Assembly: GCA_013239625.1 (NCBI GenBank)
Contig: MU053934.1
Span: 3,304,399 to 3,368,398, forward strand
Length of the DNA: 64,000 bases
Source: Lama guanicoe
Taxonomy: Eukaryota
Reading direction: 5' to 3'
Part shown: positions 60,432-64,000 of the stretch, one piece after another
Layout of the letters: each line of letters starts with the position of its first letter
Position numbering within the stretch: the first letter of the stretch is position 1
Position numbers and translations under genes: made by a program
The notes under the pieces: model-generated
Databases searched by the model: none
Told to the model about the DNA's origin: nothing
Seen by the model: only the letters and a program-made list of their open reading frames with translations

Positions 60432-61549
60432 TTATTTGTGAAATGGACACTGGGCAGTCAGTCCTCTTCCTGCTTCAGAGCAAAGCATGTCCCCATGTCT
60501 CAGACCAGTCCATGTCCCACCACCTCTGACCCTGCTGGCCCAGGTTTCTAACCTGCCCACCCACAGGGCACTGGGCTACAGTCCACTCTGCAGCCAGATA
60601 GATCGCTTTAAAAACAGTCAGTACCCAGTTTGGAGGTTTCCCACCAAACTGGAATATAATGCAAATTGCCCTGAGGCCCCGCCAGCTGCCCCACCCACCC
60701 CATCCTGGGCCCCTCACTCATCCACCTCATTCCGTTCCTAGAACTGGTCAGCTTTTCTCACCTCAGGGACTTTGCTCAGCCTGTCCCCTCTGCCTGAAAT
60801 GCTTGTCCCTCAGCTCCTGGCATGGAGGGCTCCTTCTAGCTACTCAAGTCTCAGATGAAATGTCACCTCCCTTGGGACAGGAGGGTCCACACAGGCAGAG
60901 ACCCCCTGCGTGGTCCCCATGCACCCCCTCAAGCCACCCTGTGCTATTTTCTCCATCTCTCATCTCTCCATCTAATGTTTCCCTATTTCTCGATTTCTTT
61001 ACCAGTTTGTTGCCTGCTTCTGCTCCAAAAACAGAAATTCTTGGTCAGCAGCAGTGGGCTGGAATGTTCCCAGAACAGTAAGGATGAGGGATGGAGAAGG
61101 AGACAGAGCAGAAGGCCGTACATGTCATTGGCAAGACTTCAGCTTTCCCTTTTATCAGAAGTAATACAGGGGACCCTTGAACAACGTAGGTTTAAACTGT
61201 ATGGGTCCACTTATCAGCAGATTTTTTTCAATAAATATGTACTACAATACTATATCATCCTTGGTTGGTTGAATCCAAGGATGCAGAACCTGGGATATGG
61301 AGGGCAGACTGTAAAGTTTTAAGTGGATTTTCAGCTGCACAGGGAGTCAGTGCTTCTAACCCCCACATCGTCCAAGGGCCAACTGTACTAGATTATTTGT
61401 GAAATGGGCACTGGGCAATCAGTCCTCTTTCTGCTTCAAAGCAAAGTGTGCCCCCATATCTCAGACCAGTCCGTGCCCCACTACCTCTGATCCTGCTGGT
61501 CCAAGCTACTAACCTGCCCCCCCACAGGGCGCTGGGCTACAGTCTGCTC
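60432..61549 (+). repeat. 157-bp direct repeat pair (60432-60588 and 61393-61549)
   Basis: Manual ungapped alignment, 20 mismatches in 157 nt (~87% identity). Confidence 0.9.
61167..61385 (+). mobile_element. Non-autonomous Tigger2/MER8-like DNA transposon (TcMar-Tigger)
   Basis: Imperfect TIRs caggggacccttgaacaac / atcgtccaagggccaactg, TA dinucleotide on both sides, 219 bp. Confidence 0.85.
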
Positions 61550-62261
61550 AAAGCCCAGAGGCAGGCATCAAATTTTCCATTCACTCCTTTAGGGGGCCCT
61601 GGCACCTTCCCTGTTTCTCTTAGGCAGTCTCTGATTGCACCCCAGGAATTGGAGCCTTGATTTCTCTCTCCTGCTAGACTATAAATGTGGGTGCATGGTG
61701 GACCTGGGCTCTCTCACCTGAGTCCCCAGACTGATCTCACCTTGTCTGACCATCTCATCACCAAGAGCAGGGCCTGGGTCTCATCAGTGCATACGTGGCA
61801 GCATCCAGCACGGGACCTGGCACACAGCAGGTGTTCAGCAGGAAATGGGTGAACAGATCTGGCACTGGGGAGAATTCCTTTTGATGGGCTGCACACCACC
61901 AGAGTCAGACCTCCCCGGGGTTCAAATCCCAGTACAACACTCGACTGTGATCCTGGGCAAGTCACTATTTAACTTTTCTCTACCCTTCATCTGAGGGGCC
62001 TTGCGCAGCCCGAGTTTAGGGTCGTGCTAAATGTATATGCTCAGTTGAGTTCACCTAATGATGTCTCTTTCTCTTCCACTGCCCAGTGTCTGCCTAGGGT
62101 CGCTCGGTGCAGTAGGGGACCTACCCGGCCATGGGGGACCTACTTCTCTGGGACCTATTCCATGGGGGTGGGAAGGAAGGGGGAGGACGGGGAGTCGTTT
62201 ATGGCCAATCGCAGGTGTCTGGGCCAGAAGCATCTTTAAGACTATCACCTTTCATTAGCTG

Positions 62262-62770
62262 TAAAAAAAAAAAGAAGGAAGAAGGAAACCCTGCCATTTG
62301 CAGCAACGTGGATGGACCTAGAGGGCCTTACACTAAGTGAAATAAGTCAAACAGAGAAAGACAAGTACTGTATGATCTCACATGTGGAATCCAAAAAAAA
62401 AAATAAAGAACTTATGGAAACAGAACAGATTGGTGGTTGCCAGGGTGGGAGCTATGAGAATGGGAAAACGGGTGAAGGGAGTCAAAATGTACAAACTTCC
62501 AGTTACAAGATAATAAATTGTGGAGATGTAATCTACAGCAGGGCGATTATAGTTAACAATACTGTATTGTATATTTGAAAGTTGCTAAGAGAGTTTTTTA
62601 GTTCTCCTGGCAAGAAAAAAACAATTTGTAACTAGGCGAGGTGATAGATGTTAACTAAACTTAATTGTGGTGATCATTTCACAATAGATACACGTATCAA
62701 ATCATTGTGTGTACACCTCAACTAATAGAATGCTGTGCATCAATTATATCTCAATAAAACTGGAGGGAAA
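62262..62770 (+). mobile_element. L1 3' end (L1MA-type 3' UTR)
   Basis: gccatttgcagcaacgtggatggacctagagg..ctaagtgaaataagtca..agaaagacaagtactgtatgatctcac; ends caattatatctcaataaaactgg. Confidence 0.9.
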
Positions 62771-64000
62771 GACTGCCATTTTACAGAAATTGGGGGAAAT
62801 GTGACCCAAGGCTTCAGCAGCCTGGGTGAGCCCTGGGTTCCCCAAGGCAGGGACAGCAGGGCACCTGGAGGAGCACAAGGTATGGCCACCGGGAGCCACC
62901 CTCTAGCATCACATGAGCATCCACAGGGGCCAAAGGGCGGAGATGTGGCTGAATCCCCACCTTCTCTTTCCCCCGTGACTACCCTCAGCAGCCTTGGCAG
63001 CAGCAGAGTAGAAAGGCAACTCACCCTCATTCCAATTCAGATCAATTACAGAGAGATTTGTGTCTGCCTAACCTGGGGCTCCCTGGGGGCTGGGAGCTGG
63101 GCTGAGCTGAGGGGTCCTGTTTGGCAAGTGCAGGGCTGGCCTGGGAGAAGACAGAGAAAGCAGCCAGAAATTGAAGCTTAGCTTCTCCGACCCAGACCCC
63201 TTCCCCATGACTGTACCACCCAGGCACATCGCAGGTCCTCTCTGTGCCTCAGTTTGCCCCTCTGCACCACAAGGTAATTGCAGGCAGGAGCCTATCCCAC
63301 CTGCCTCTGACCCTCCTCCTGAGAGAAGATGGAAACCCCAAGGCGGATGCAGGACACAGCCAAGGCTGCCATGGGATGCCATAAGCCACCCGCCAGCTTT
63401 TCAGGGAGCACATCCCAAAGGAGGCAGCCACTCAGGAATGCTGCCTGGGGGCCCGAAATTCCAGAAAAAAAGCCTACAGAATTGTCTGGGCTGAGTCAGT
63501 AGGAAAGGCGGGCTGGGGGACCTGCCAGCTCTGAGTCACTGGGGCCTTACTGGCTTGCATGCCTTCCTTTGTTGCCTGCCAGAACCAAACGTGGGATCCT
63601 GCAGACCCAGGTTCAAATTCCACTTCAGCGAGGTCGTGACCCTGGGCAATGGAGACAATAACTGTTGTGTGCCATTAACTGAACGACTTTATGTAACATG
63701 CTTGGCATGAAGTTGGCACTCGTAACAACAATAGCAAACCGTTTTGACTGTGTACTGGACATATTAGAGCATTATGTATATTATGTTTTCCAGAATTAGC
63801 TCCTTAAAATCTTAACAAACAGCTAGAACACATAGAGTCACAGAGGCCATTTTGTTGGTGCTGCGCTAAGCCTGCGGTGGGGGGTGGGGGGGTGGGGGGG
63901 CCTGCCCTGTCCTGCGTGATCCTCCCTCCCCCTCCCACCCAGGCCCACTTGCCAGGTCGTTTCCCCACCCAGTCTCTGTCTGCAGCCCTGTTTGGTGTCC

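Noticed and set aside
1..64000. CRISPR arrays, operons, rRNA or other prokaryotic/viral systems
   Set aside because: The window is mammalian throughout; I saw no repeat-spacer arrays or intact retroviral or transposase ORFs.

Overview
Mammalian genomic DNA (GC-rich, dense in MIR/L2/L1/MaLR/MER remnants). It carries two complete spliced protein-coding genes in tandem on the minus strand. CARD10 (CARMA3) has 20 coding exons over 57679->33807 and encodes 1026 aa from a CpG-island promoter. About 2.6 kb past its poly(A) signal lies MFNG (manic fringe), with 8 coding exons over 30134->17409 encoding 320 aa with an intact DDD motif. I reconstructed every exon by hand: all introns are GT-AG and the phases add up to intact frames. 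Three tRNA-Ala-derived SINEs of the Vic-1 type suggest a camelid genome (inference). The first ~16 kb is intergenic, on the side where ELFN2 lies in human; no ELFN2 sequence was seen. I found no novel gene or novel biological system. The most interesting signals are regulatory: a strong-Kozak uORF ahead of a weak MFNG start codon, an MFNG poly(A) signal apparently supplied by an MLT1 LTR, and CCAAT/GC-box clusters just behind coding exons in both genes. Also notable are oriented CTCF motifs, a GAG-AAG-AAG tandem splice acceptor, a SINE-L1 chimera and a 157-bp local duplication upstream of CARD10. Repeat boundaries and subfamily names are by-eye approximations. Comparisons to human proteins are from recall, not from a database search.
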